DNA from: Candidatus Latescibacterota bacterium
GTDB lineage: Bacteria; Latescibacterota; UBA2968
DNA: 64,000 nt
Reading direction: 5' to 3'
Assembly: GCA_965207885.1 (NCBI GenBank)
Contig: OZ242311.1
Coordinates: 6,112,001-6,176,000, forward strand
The translations under genes and the position numbers were made by a program. The notes under the pieces were generated by a model, which was not told where the DNA came from, searched no databases, and saw only the letters and a program-made list of their open reading frames with translations. Positions 1 through 8,894 of the stretch are shown here, in pieces; the stretch's first letter is position 1, and the number at the start of each line of letters is the position of its first letter.

Positions 1-554
1 GTAATTGCCAGTGCCGTGGTGACTGACCAGAAAAGCGGCATTGACCAGGCCCCCCAGGGGACACTTCCGCCAGGTCCCAGACCCTGGTAGAATCCCTCCA
101 GTACTCTGGGGGCGTTGATCGGGTACATCCACCAGGGCAGGTGGTCGAAAATCAGTTCCTCCCAGCGGTTCTCGGGCGACGCCAGATACCTCGGTCCGGC
201 CATCTGTCCCACCCATTGGCTCGCCCAATTGTACCCGACGAATAGCCCGCCGATCCAGAGCACGCAAAGCATTAATCGAAGTTCCGCAGAGGTCAGCGAA
301 AAGCGCGGCATGAACCGCTTCAACAGTGTATTGCCCAGGAGCCAGAACACAAATGGCAGCAGCGCGGTCATCGGCAGGTTGGATACGGCCATTCGCACAG
401 ACCTGGTTCTCATTTCCAGGTACATAGACGCTATGCAGCCCAGTGCCAGGGTGGCTACCGCAATCAGCACTATTCCCCACCGCACCCGCCCGGCTTCGGC
501 CACCGCTTTTGCCGCTTGAACTTCGTGGCTCAACGCTCCAGATGGCTGTGCCAT
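1..554 (-). CDS. DUF6785/DUF6784-type multi-pass membrane protein (putative transporter); 5' part only, runs off the window start
   Basis: Not in the ORF track. ATG at 554 reads MAQPSGALSHEVQ...LGNTLLKRF...YLASPENRWEELIFDHLPWWMY, clearly paralogous to 6597..8582. Confidence 0.8.
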   Translation of the reverse strand, partial: MAQPSGALSHEVQAAKAVAEAGRVRWGIVLIAVATLALGCIASMYLEMRTRSVRMAVSNLPMTALLPFVFWLLGNTLLKRFMPRFSLTSAELRLMLCVLWIGGLFVGYNWASQWVGQMAGPRYLASPENRWEELIFDHLPWWMYPINAPRVLEGFYQGLGPGGSVPWGAWSMPLFWSVTTALAI

Positions 555-602
555 GGCACAATCTCCGGTGATACTTTCCAACACGCTTGCCGTCGAATAA
601 TG

Positions 603-1460
603 CTAATCCCTGGGTACTCCTGCTTCTTTGAAAGCGTTGCTCAGGGCTGTGTAGGAACGGCGCGCGGTATCCACGGTATCGAATCTCTTCTGTGACCAGA
701 TACGGGCGCTGACCTCCAGGGTGATATAATCGTCCCAGCCAGCTTGCGCCATGGCCCGCATATAGGCGGTAGAATCGAGTTCGCCGTCACCCAGAACGCG
801 AAAATCAAACGAACCATCCGCATGGCGTTGCGCATCGGTGATGTGGGTGTGCCCGGTGACGGGAACCAGATCCCTGACGCACGCTTCGATGGAATCCCCG
901 GCAAGGTAAAAGTGAACAATATCAAAATGGAGGCGAAGGTAGGGGCTATTCACTTTTTGAATGACCTCCAGCGCCCGCACCGACCGGTCAACGCCCGCGC
1001 CGCAGTGAGCCTCTCCCGCAATGACAATCCCTTCTTTCTCGCCCAACTCTGCGTAATCCCGAAGTCGGACGACGATTCCATTTTTGTCCCTGTCCCAGGC
1101 TTCGGTCTTCCCGCCAATGCCAATGGAAATGACGATGGGTTCGCGGTATCCGAAGTCTCGCGCCAACTGCACGGTCTCCCGGGTTGTCTCCAGATTTCGA
1201 GCGTGGAGATCCGCATCGGGCTCCCAGGCTTTGGGCCCCACCAGCATCAATGCCGGCACGCCGAGTTGTTGTGCTTCGAGTATTTTCCGAATGTTGCTTC
1301 GTCTGGTAGAATTGTAATCGGCGGGAAGTGCATTCTCGTGCTTATCTCCAATGTAGATCTCAACACCGTCATACCCAATGGACCGAATCAGTGGAATTGC
1401 CTGCTCCAGGGGTATGTCGGGCATGGCGTAGGTGCCGTAGGCAATTTTCATGGCGTTCAT
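603..1460 (-). CDS. Sugar phosphate isomerase/epimerase (xylose isomerase-like TIM barrel)
   Basis: GYDGVE, metal-ligand motifs GEAH, FDIVH, HTHITD, TLEV, and G.G.LD. Confidence 0.85.
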   Translation of the reverse strand: MNAMKIAYGTYAMPDIPLEQAIPLIRSIGYDGVEIYIGDKHENALPADYNSTRRSNIRKILEAQQLGVPALMLVGPKAWEPDADLHARNLETTRETVQLARDFGYREPIVISIGIGGKTEAWDRDKNGIVVRLRDYAELGEKEGIVIAGEAHCGAGVDRSVRALEVIQKVNSPYLRLHFDIVHFYLAGDSIEACVRDLVPVTGHTHITDAQRHADGSFDFRVLGDGELDSTAYMRAMAQAGWDDYITLEVSARIWSQKRFDTVDTARRSYTALSNAFKEAGVPRD

Positions 1461-2542
1461 TCAATCAAAGGCACCTTTTCTACATTTCCGCTCGCTATGG
1501 AAGCTGCGATGGCATGGAGCAGTGCTGTGGTGCGGGCCGCATCTGCAAAATCCGATCGGATTGCAGAGGACAACGAAGGGTTGCGGATGGCGTTTAAAAA
1601 TACTTCTATTTCTTCAAAATGTGGGGGATCGGGTGGATCTTGCGGTCGTCGGTTGGGGTGGATTTCGCCGCTTCGCCCCATGGCTGGTCCCTGTGGAAAT
1701 TGTTCGGTAATGCTTTTGGGTTTTTCATCTGGTGCTCCGACCATACCTTCAATTCTGGGGGGGATGGTGGAAAGCGAGAGCCGAATATCCCTGCCGAAGA
1801 AGGTGATGTCGTCCCGCCTTTGTGCACAGGCCCAGGATAGGAGAACACAGCCGATTGCTCCGGAGGAGAATTGGAGATTGATCGACATGCTGTCTTCGAT
1901 GGTGAAGCTGTCGCTGATGGGGATTGTCAGGTTGCTGCCAAAAGCGTGTACAGCGTCAATATTACCTGCGATATAGCGGATTACATCGAGGGTGTGGATC
2001 GTGTTGTCGAATAGCGACCCACCTTTTTCTTTGAGGTAAAACCAGTCGGCTCCGAGATTGCGGGTCAATCCCGGGCTGGTTATTACCGCGGCATCTACCA
2101 GATTGATCTGTCTGCCTTCCAATAGCTCCATGCATCGATCTACAGAGGGCGCATAGCGCTGGTTAAAGCCGACGCTGTGAATTAGTCTGGTGTTCTGCAG
2201 GAGTGCGACGATTTCACGCGCTTCTCGCAGGGATTGGGCGGGCGGTTTTTCGCAGAGGAAGGGTACATTGTATTGCACGGCGGCCTGTATGACTGGCTTG
2301 CGAAGAACGGGAGGCGTGCAGATGAGTATCGCATCCAGGTCCTCGATTTCATCAAAGATTTTTTCCCAATCTGTGTATGCTTGCGCCCCGTAAGCAGCGG
2401 CTTTGGCGCGCGCCAGGTTTTCGTCCAGGTCGCATATCGCGGCGATGCGATTGCCGCCGAGAAATGCGAGGTTTTCAAGGTGTCGCGTGGCGATGTTTCC
2501 CGCGCCTATTACGGCTATGTTGATAGATCTCTCTCGATCCAT
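1457..2542 (-). CDS. Gfo/Idh/MocA family oxidoreductase
   Basis: IAVIGAGNIA Rossmann motif, CEKP, VGFNQRY, IHTLD. Confidence 0.9.
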   Translation of the reverse strand: MDRERSINIAVIGAGNIATRHLENLAFLGGNRIAAICDLDENLARAKAAAYGAQAYTDWEKIFDEIEDLDAILICTPPVLRKPVIQAAVQYNVPFLCEKPPAQSLREAREIVALLQNTRLIHSVGFNQRYAPSVDRCMELLEGRQINLVDAAVITSPGLTRNLGADWFYLKEKGGSLFDNTIHTLDVIRYIAGNIDAVHAFGSNLTIPISDSFTIEDSMSINLQFSSGAIGCVLLSWACAQRRDDITFFGRDIRLSLSTIPPRIEGMVGAPDEKPKSITEQFPQGPAMGRSGEIHPNRRPQDPPDPPHFEEIEVFLNAIRNPSLSSAIRSDFADAARTTALLHAIAASIASGNVEKVPLIE

Positions 2543-2554
2543 AGTTTCCTCATA

Positions 2555-3325
2555 TCAGAATTCTCGCACGCCTTCAAATTCTCGCCAGATATCTGTCAGC
2601 ACTTCGGTCCCGTTTTTCTGGATATCTACGTGGTTTAGACGGAAGATCACTGCATACCGGATATGCGGCGACAGATTGGGTCCGGCTGCGTGTACCATCT
2701 GGTGATGCACCAGCACTGCGTCTCCTGCTTTTGCGGTGATCTGCACCGGGCGATGGGGCAATTCTTCTCTCAGTCTGGGCAGGTCCTGGAATAACTGGCC
2801 GTGTCCGTTTGTGCGAAAATACGACTCCAGATAATGGTGGGATCCCGGCCATACTGTAAAATTGCCCATATACGGCTCGGGCAAGTCCGACAGCATTACC
2901 ACGCAAATAGCGGTAAAGTTTCGCCAGAATTCTCCTTCGGGCACTTTGGTTTTTTTGCCGCCCATTCCGTCGATGTGTCCCGATAGTATCACAGATGCCC
3001 GGTCTTCCATCTTGGGAAATGGCAACGCGATCTGTCCGCTTCCAATTGGTCGGAGTTTCCCTTTTCCCATCAGGGATTCGGCTATCTTGAAGATCGGCGT
3101 CTCATTTACCAGACTGGCGTAGAATGGGTCTGGATGATTCTTGTGAGAGTAATACCCATTGTACAGTGTAAGCGGATAGTCTCCTCCCGGAATCATCCCT
3201 GTGCTGCCCAATTCATGGTTAATTTTTTTTACTGCTTGTGTCACCATGTGCTCTGGAATCACGCCTTCTATCTTGAGATAGCCCTGTGCTTTGAAAAATG
3301 CTTTTTTTTTGGCGGTCATTTTCAT
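2555..3325 (-). CDS. Phytanoyl-CoA dioxygenase (PhyH) family Fe/2OG enzyme, canonical HxD
   Basis: F..QGYL, HID, VWPGSH, AGDAVLVHHQMVH...R. Confidence 0.85.
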   Translation of the reverse strand: MKMTAKKKAFFKAQGYLKIEGVIPEHMVTQAVKKINHELGSTGMIPGGDYPLTLYNGYYSHKNHPDPFYASLVNETPIFKIAESLMGKGKLRPIGSGQIALPFPKMEDRASVILSGHIDGMGGKKTKVPEGEFWRNFTAICVVMLSDLPEPYMGNFTVWPGSHHYLESYFRTNGHGQLFQDLPRLREELPHRPVQITAKAGDAVLVHHQMVHAAGPNLSPHIRYAVIFRLNHVDIQKNGTEVLTDIWREFEGVREF

Positions 3326-3340
3326 GTTTCAGCCTCCTTG

Positions 3341-5188
3341 TTATGGACATCCCGCGTGAAAATTTCCAATGGCTTCCGATGTGCGCAAGTATCGGTTGTA
3401 TATCCGCAGGGCTTGAAGTCCGGGGCCGATTCGAAGCGTTTCAGTCCCGTTGGCGTGTCTTAGATTTGGACTGAACCGCCCCCAACCAAACTGGCGATTT
3501 TCACCTCCATCGCAGAGTTTGCCATCTACCACAAATGTGATGATCCTGGGACCGCCATCTACAATTGCCGCAATGTGGTGCTGTTCGCCTGTGCGCAGAT
3601 AACCGGAATCGCAGTCCCACCGGTTTTCGGTTCGCCCGTCGTTTAATACAATCTCGACGGTACCCCGCTCTGTGGTCTGCACGCACATTCCCTGTCCGTT
3701 CTCCAGCCTGCTGTCCAGCAGTATCTGTCCAGCATGCAGTGATGGTAGTCTTAGCCACAGATCAATGGTAAATCCCTGTCGAAGATCTCGCGTTGCATAA
3801 GGACTGGCGCTGTCTCGCTCGTTGAATGCTGGCAAATCCGGCATTTTTGCCTCGCTCGAATCTGGCAGGGACAGGTCCAGTAAGAGACCTTCGGTGGCTA
3901 TTTCCCTATTTTCAGCCTGTTCCCACAAGCTCTCCAGCAGGGAGGTGTCCAGCTCGTGTACGCGAGCTATGTCCTTCTGGGTTTCCGTAAGATAATACTT
4001 CCCGCCGTCTTCCACCAGGTCTGGATAGCTCATGCGGATGTACGGGTCGTCGTCGTAGAGCGCGATTTCTGGTTGTGACCACTGGATTATACGGCCTTCT
4101 GGCGCGTCTGCTTCGACTCCGCTGCACAACCACACCGGGTTGCGGTCCTGATAAGATATTGAGCGCCGGTCCGGGTGCTCTCCGATAAACCGCCCTCCGT
4201 GGTTGTGAAACCAGTAGAGAAATTTTCCATTTTCGCATTGCCACGCGAAATTAGCCGCTCTCGGATGTTTCATGCGTCGTCCGTCCGCAAAGCACTGATA
4301 TACCGGCTCTGTCCATGTATGTCCGTTGTCCCGGCTGTACGCGCATACCGGGTACCCATCAATTGAACGGTACACGCTGTAAAACGACCCATCGCTCAAG
4401 CGGCTGTAGCTGTGTTCTTCGGAGACTGGACCTCCCCCCGGTGGCGTCCGCAGCCCTGCATCGCCATCTGGAAGTGTTTCCCAGGCTATTTTCTGCGGGT
4501 CCTGTTCTGTCAGGATATTTTCGCTTTTTAGGAGTACGCCTTCCGAACGGGTGAAAAATCCCATCCCGAATCCTCCCACTTTGTGCAGCGATACGTACGC
4601 GGCCCGATCATCGGCAATCGCTTTGCCCACGTTCCAGAAATACCGCAGTTTGCCCCCGTCCGCATTCTCCCGGTCAATCGCCATTTCTCGCACCGCAATC
4701 GGGTAACGTTGCGCCGACCAGGTCCGCCCGTGATCGTCGCTGTATTTGAACACAAAATGTCCCAGCGAATCTACCCGGGTACAATATCCGTCTCTATAAG
4801 GTGGGTTGTCTCCTTTCACTTTTCGGACATTGTCCGTGTTGTGATTGTAAAATACGTAAATCCGTCCGTATGGGACCTTCAGCACTACTGCATACGATGC
4901 CTCAGGTCCGTGTGCAGGCTCCACATCGACCAGATCCGTCCAGGTCTGTCCGCTATCGGTACTGCGCGTTGTCACTACGTGCTGCCCGTGCGCGCCTTCT
5001 CGACCCGTTCCCGTTGTCATAACACATAGCCAGGCCCCGTCATCCGTTTTTACCACATAGGGCTGATCGCAATATCCTTTGCTGGGAATTTCCCAGCCGT
5101 TTGCAATGTGACGCCAATCCGGAATCTCGGAGATGGTTTCTGCGGTCAGGCTCTGGTCTGCAAGTGCTGCGTTCTGATTTTTAGGCAT
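3341..5188 (-). CDS. BNR/Asp-box beta-propeller (sialidase-like) with C-terminal LamG-like jelly-roll
   Basis: Asp boxes STDSGQTW, SDDHGRTW, SRDNGHTW; C-terminal FTIDLWL, HHIAAIVDG, LRIYNRYL LamG-like motifs. Confidence 0.75.
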   Translation of the reverse strand: MPKNQNAALADQSLTAETISEIPDWRHIANGWEIPSKGYCDQPYVVKTDDGAWLCVMTTGTGREGAHGQHVVTTRSTDSGQTWTDLVDVEPAHGPEASYAVVLKVPYGRIYVFYNHNTDNVRKVKGDNPPYRDGYCTRVDSLGHFVFKYSDDHGRTWSAQRYPIAVREMAIDRENADGGKLRYFWNVGKAIADDRAAYVSLHKVGGFGMGFFTRSEGVLLKSENILTEQDPQKIAWETLPDGDAGLRTPPGGGPVSEEHSYSRLSDGSFYSVYRSIDGYPVCAYSRDNGHTWTEPVYQCFADGRRMKHPRAANFAWQCENGKFLYWFHNHGGRFIGEHPDRRSISYQDRNPVWLCSGVEADAPEGRIIQWSQPEIALYDDDPYIRMSYPDLVEDGGKYYLTETQKDIARVHELDTSLLESLWEQAENREIATEGLLLDLSLPDSSEAKMPDLPAFNERDSASPYATRDLRQGFTIDLWLRLPSLHAGQILLDSRLENGQGMCVQTTERGTVEIVLNDGRTENRWDCDSGYLRTGEQHHIAAIVDGGPRIITFVVDGKLCDGGENRQFGWGRFSPNLRHANGTETLRIGPGLQALRIYNRYLRTSEAIGNFHAGCP

Positions 5189-5193
5189 ATTTT

Positions 5194-6558
5194 TTACTGA
5201 CTCTCTTTCCAGTTCGGGTTGTACAGTTCTCCTGGCATTGTCGAGTGTATCAACTCATACACGCCGTAGCGCCGCCGGTCTTGAAATACGAAGAGATACC
5301 GCTTTGACCGATCGTAAGTCCATTTTTCTATTGCGCCTGCAAAATTCTCTGACGACTGTTCGAAGTCCCGATCGTCGGGCGGGCCGTATTTGATGTACAC
5401 GCGGCCCTTGTCCGTATCTGAACCTCGTTTATGGGCCTCTGACCCAAAGTGTTCATCTGCAAACTGAATCCGGGTCATGTGTTCTCGCAATCGTTCGTTC
5501 AACGGCGTGCCGGGCGTTGGATCCATCTTTTTCCAGAATGCTTTTAAGAAGTCCATGCGTTGCGCTTCAGTGGTCAGCCCTGCATAGCTGTTGAGATCTT
5601 TGCTCGGTGCTATATACCGGATGTCCTTAAAATACCGGAGCTGATCCTGTGCCTCTTCGCTCAACTCATCGGAAAACAGGAAGATCGCCCTGCGCTGTCG
5701 CACATGCTCCCGAGTGCCCCGGTCAAATGCTTCCACTTGAAAAAAATAGACGCCCGCATTTAGTCCGTCTGTCTCGATTGTCTCTGTCTTGACAAAACTC
5801 TCTCCCGATACCCGGATCCGGCGAGAAGGAAATTTTTTTATCTGCATTCCGGAAGAGTCGGTAAAGCTGTATCCCAGAATCAGCGGCTCTGCAGGTTGGT
5901 CTTTTTGGCGTTTCAAATTGTAAATTTCAAAATAAACGCGCACAGGTTCGCCCACCCGGTACCGATGGCTGACATTGGGTACTATATTCCACCCGTTTTT
6001 TACAAATTTTCCAGCTTCCCCTTGTGGCGTGATTTTTGTGGCAAATAACAAATCGCTGATCGACAGGTCTTTTCGATCAAAATTTCGCACTTGAAGCCAC
6101 TCCTCAAAAGTCCCCGTCTTTCCGCTGTAAGTATCCTCGGCCAATAGCTCAAGCCGGTAGGTTTTTGGGGGCAGGTCCAGTCCCACTATCTCCCGAACCA
6201 CGGCACCTTCTTGTCGGGGTGCGTTCATATCTGGAACTGAGATATTCTGCGTCCAGGTTTTGACCTTTGCCTTTTGTCCAGTTGAATCCGATAGGGTTAC
6301 TGCATACTGCAACTGAGCTACAAATGCGTCTTCCTGGGGTACAAATTGGAGCGACTGGGCATCTACTACCGTGCAGATATCTACTCGTGTGAATCCTTTT
6401 GGGCCTCGAAATCCCGTTGTTTCTACAACGATTTGCAACGCTTCAGGGGTCTTTAACGATGGGTCTTGAATATCCTGTGCCCTAACGGACGAGATACCCG
6501 ACAGATGGATGAGTACGGCCGGAACGATTGTAAACCAGACCACATAATAGAGTTTCAT
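5194..6558 (-). CDS. GWxTD domain protein, secreted, GWxTD domain C-terminal
   Basis: Signal peptide; FW..MDPTPGT..NE, GSDTDKGRVYIKYGPPD, EKWTY. Confidence 0.85.
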   Translation of the reverse strand: MKLYYVVWFTIVPAVLIHLSGISSVRAQDIQDPSLKTPEALQIVVETTGFRGPKGFTRVDICTVVDAQSLQFVPQEDAFVAQLQYAVTLSDSTGQKAKVKTWTQNISVPDMNAPRQEGAVVREIVGLDLPPKTYRLELLAEDTYSGKTGTFEEWLQVRNFDRKDLSISDLLFATKITPQGEAGKFVKNGWNIVPNVSHRYRVGEPVRVYFEIYNLKRQKDQPAEPLILGYSFTDSSGMQIKKFPSRRIRVSGESFVKTETIETDGLNAGVYFFQVEAFDRGTREHVRQRRAIFLFSDELSEEAQDQLRYFKDIRYIAPSKDLNSYAGLTTEAQRMDFLKAFWKKMDPTPGTPLNERLREHMTRIQFADEHFGSEAHKRGSDTDKGRVYIKYGPPDDRDFEQSSENFAGAIEKWTYDRSKRYLFVFQDRRRYGVYELIHSTMPGELYNPNWKESQ

Positions 6559-6596
6559 GGTTTACCTCCAGCGCTGGATGCAGATACGGGTCGAAA

Positions 6597-8582
6597 TCAC
6601 CAGCTGTGAATCAAGTGCCCTTGGTCCGGGAACCAGATAAAATCGATTAACGCTCCCACAGCCAGCGATAAAATAAATCCCACAATTAAACCATAGCAGG
6701 CCGGTTTGAGTCGTCGGTAAAGCTGAATTCCCCCGAATCGCAAAACGATAAACTTGGCCAGCCACACGAGGAAGATATTCAGCATGTACACGCGGATCGG
6801 ATATAGCGTAAACAGCATCAGTCCCAGGGGATGGGCGGGCCACCACGGCAGTCGCGCCTGTAAGAGTCCAAATAGTACGGCTACCGCACCCCCTAAAATC
6901 CAGGTCGTGGCTTTGGCCAGGTCAAATACTGGGCGTTGCGTATTGGCCACCTCGCCAGCAATGCGGTTGAGGGTGCTTCGAGGTGCCCGCCGCATTAACC
7001 ACTCGTCCATGTGAATGCCGCCGAACTGATAACACAGCCAGACTGTGTATATAATGGTGACCAGCATGCCCAGGATCACCCCGCCCCAGATCAATCCCGA
7101 TGTGTTCCGGACACCTTCCCGGAGCCTGGCCACGTGGGGGATGGCCTGTGGCACCCGCCAGCCAGCCAGCAGATGGTTGTTCACCAGCCCCTGTCCCACC
7201 AGTGAAGATTCCGAAAACCCCCGCGTGCCCAGCAGGCTCAGGCTGTTCGCGGGAAAGGGGGGATAAATGTAGGGAAATCCACTGGCTGCCAAAAATTTCA
7301 TCGCCGCAAATAGCCCCATCGCAAATAGCCCCACCCACAGAAGTGCCAGATGCGGTTCGTACCCTGCGTGCATTACCCAAAAAAATAAATACAAAAGGCT
7401 TCCCAACAGGATAGCCAATGCCATCCGGGGCGATAGTATCGCTGTCTCGGCCTCTTCTCCCGGTACCGATGTTCGGACCTGCTGGAATACCCGCTTCAAG
7501 TGTCCTCGTGCCACCCACACAGCCCATACTACCAGCCCCACCATCGCTCCGCTGGTAAAAATATTCAGAATTTCTGCGCCATCGGCCGTTTGTCCGGCCA
7601 GTCCGATGGAAAATCCCGTGCGGTTCATCCCGTACAGCGCCGTCATTGCTATCGCATAGACCGACCATATTCCAAAGAGGATGTCTAAGTTGCACAAAAA
7701 CGTAAATCCCATCAAGTTGGGCAGCAGGCGAACCTGAAGCGTATTGGGCGGCAAATGCCGCGATATGTCGATCAATCTCCGCTGGTGAATTACCCATAGC
7801 TCGTTGCGGGGAAAATCCGGCACAAACCACGATACCATATCCAACAGTTCCGGCAGGGCCGCAATAAAAAATCCCACCCAGAACGCCCAGGCGCGCATAA
7901 AAGGCGGCCACCCCCGGCGCCGGTCAAACCCGGCGGTCAGTTCCTGCGCCACTTCTGATAGGGGAAAAGCCAATCGCTCGTGCCGCGCCCACTGTTTTTG
8001 AAAAATCGCGGTCAATCCCAGTCCAATGCCCGTTATCGCCAGCGCGGCTGACATGGCCCAGAAGGCTGGCGCCACCCACGCGGCCCACGGCACGGCTTCT
8101 CCGTATTCCAGGCCTTCGTAAAACCCCCGTAGGACGCCGGGCGAGTCCGCCAAAAACATCCACCAGGGCAGGTTGTCAAAGATCAATTCCTGCCAGCGGT
8201 TCTCCGCGGATGCGAAATACCGCGCCGCCCCTACCCGTCCAGCCCAGGCCGTGGCCCAGTTGGTGCCCGGAAACACGCCACCTACCCACAGGGTGCAAAA
8301 TAACAAGCGGAGTTCGCCCGAAGACAGCGATACTCCGGGCCAGAGCCGTTTGAGCAGGCTGTTGCCCAGCAGCCAAAAGACAAATGGAAATAGCACGGCC
8401 ATTGGCAATGTCGCCATTCCCATTCGCACGGTGCGGGGTTTCATCTCCACATACGTCGCCATTACGCAGGCGAGAATTAGTGTGATACCCGCTACCAGCC
8501 AGACTTGCTTGCGCACGCCCAGAGATTCAGGCGGAGCAATTGCGGCGGTATTGCGTCTCAGCGTTTCAGAAGGTTGAGCCAT
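6597..8582 (-). CDS. DUF6785/DUF6784-type multi-pass membrane protein (putative transporter)
   Basis: Many TM helices; FASAENRW, QKQW...ERLAFP, WP.HPLG, C-terminal WFPDQGHLIHSW. Start moved to MAQPS (8582) by comparison with the paralog at 554. Confidence 0.8.
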   Translation of the reverse strand: MAQPSETLRRNTAAIAPPESLGVRKQVWLVAGITLILACVMATYVEMKPRTVRMGMATLPMAVLFPFVFWLLGNSLLKRLWPGVSLSSGELRLLFCTLWVGGVFPGTNWATAWAGRVGAARYFASAENRWQELIFDNLPWWMFLADSPGVLRGFYEGLEYGEAVPWAAWVAPAFWAMSAALAITGIGLGLTAIFQKQWARHERLAFPLSEVAQELTAGFDRRRGWPPFMRAWAFWVGFFIAALPELLDMVSWFVPDFPRNELWVIHQRRLIDISRHLPPNTLQVRLLPNLMGFTFLCNLDILFGIWSVYAIAMTALYGMNRTGFSIGLAGQTADGAEILNIFTSGAMVGLVVWAVWVARGHLKRVFQQVRTSVPGEEAETAILSPRMALAILLGSLLYLFFWVMHAGYEPHLALLWVGLFAMGLFAAMKFLAASGFPYIYPPFPANSLSLLGTRGFSESSLVGQGLVNNHLLAGWRVPQAIPHVARLREGVRNTSGLIWGGVILGMLVTIIYTVWLCYQFGGIHMDEWLMRRAPRSTLNRIAGEVANTQRPVFDLAKATTWILGGAVAVLFGLLQARLPWWPAHPLGLMLFTLYPIRVYMLNIFLVWLAKFIVLRFGGIQLYRRLKPACYGLIVGFILSLAVGALIDFIWFPDQGHLIHSW

Positions 8583-8689
8583 GTCGTAAAAAAAAGAAGC
8601 GTATCCCCTGCGATAGCGCATACCAGGTATGGCTCAGGATACGCTCTGGCTGTGATTTATGCAAAGGAAATCCAGAGAAATCAGCGCCA

Positions 8690-8894
8690 ATATCCATAAA
8701 TTTTACTGCGATTGCAACTGTTTATTTTCTTATATGAGATATTAATAAAATTCTTGCATCGTGTAATAATGTGAAATATATTATTGGCAGATTATCATTA
8801 TTTAGTCAGTTATATATGTCTTTTTTAAGTATTAAAGAAATATAATTTATATGGCATATATTACTTATTTTTTATTTTTTCAGGAGGAAATCTT
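8690..8894. promoter_or_regulatory. AT-rich divergent promoter region
   Basis: Very AT-rich gap between divergent operons; TATAAT at 8841; RBS AGGAGG just before ATG 8895. Confidence 0.55.

Noticed and set aside
744-1976. 410-aa plus-strand ORF
   Set aside because: Antisense shadow of two well-supported minus-strand genes; no motifs.
6922-7911. 329-aa alternative-frame ORF within the DUF6785 gene
   Set aside because: Same-strand off-frame ORF in GC-rich DNA with G/A/R-rich composition and no family signal.
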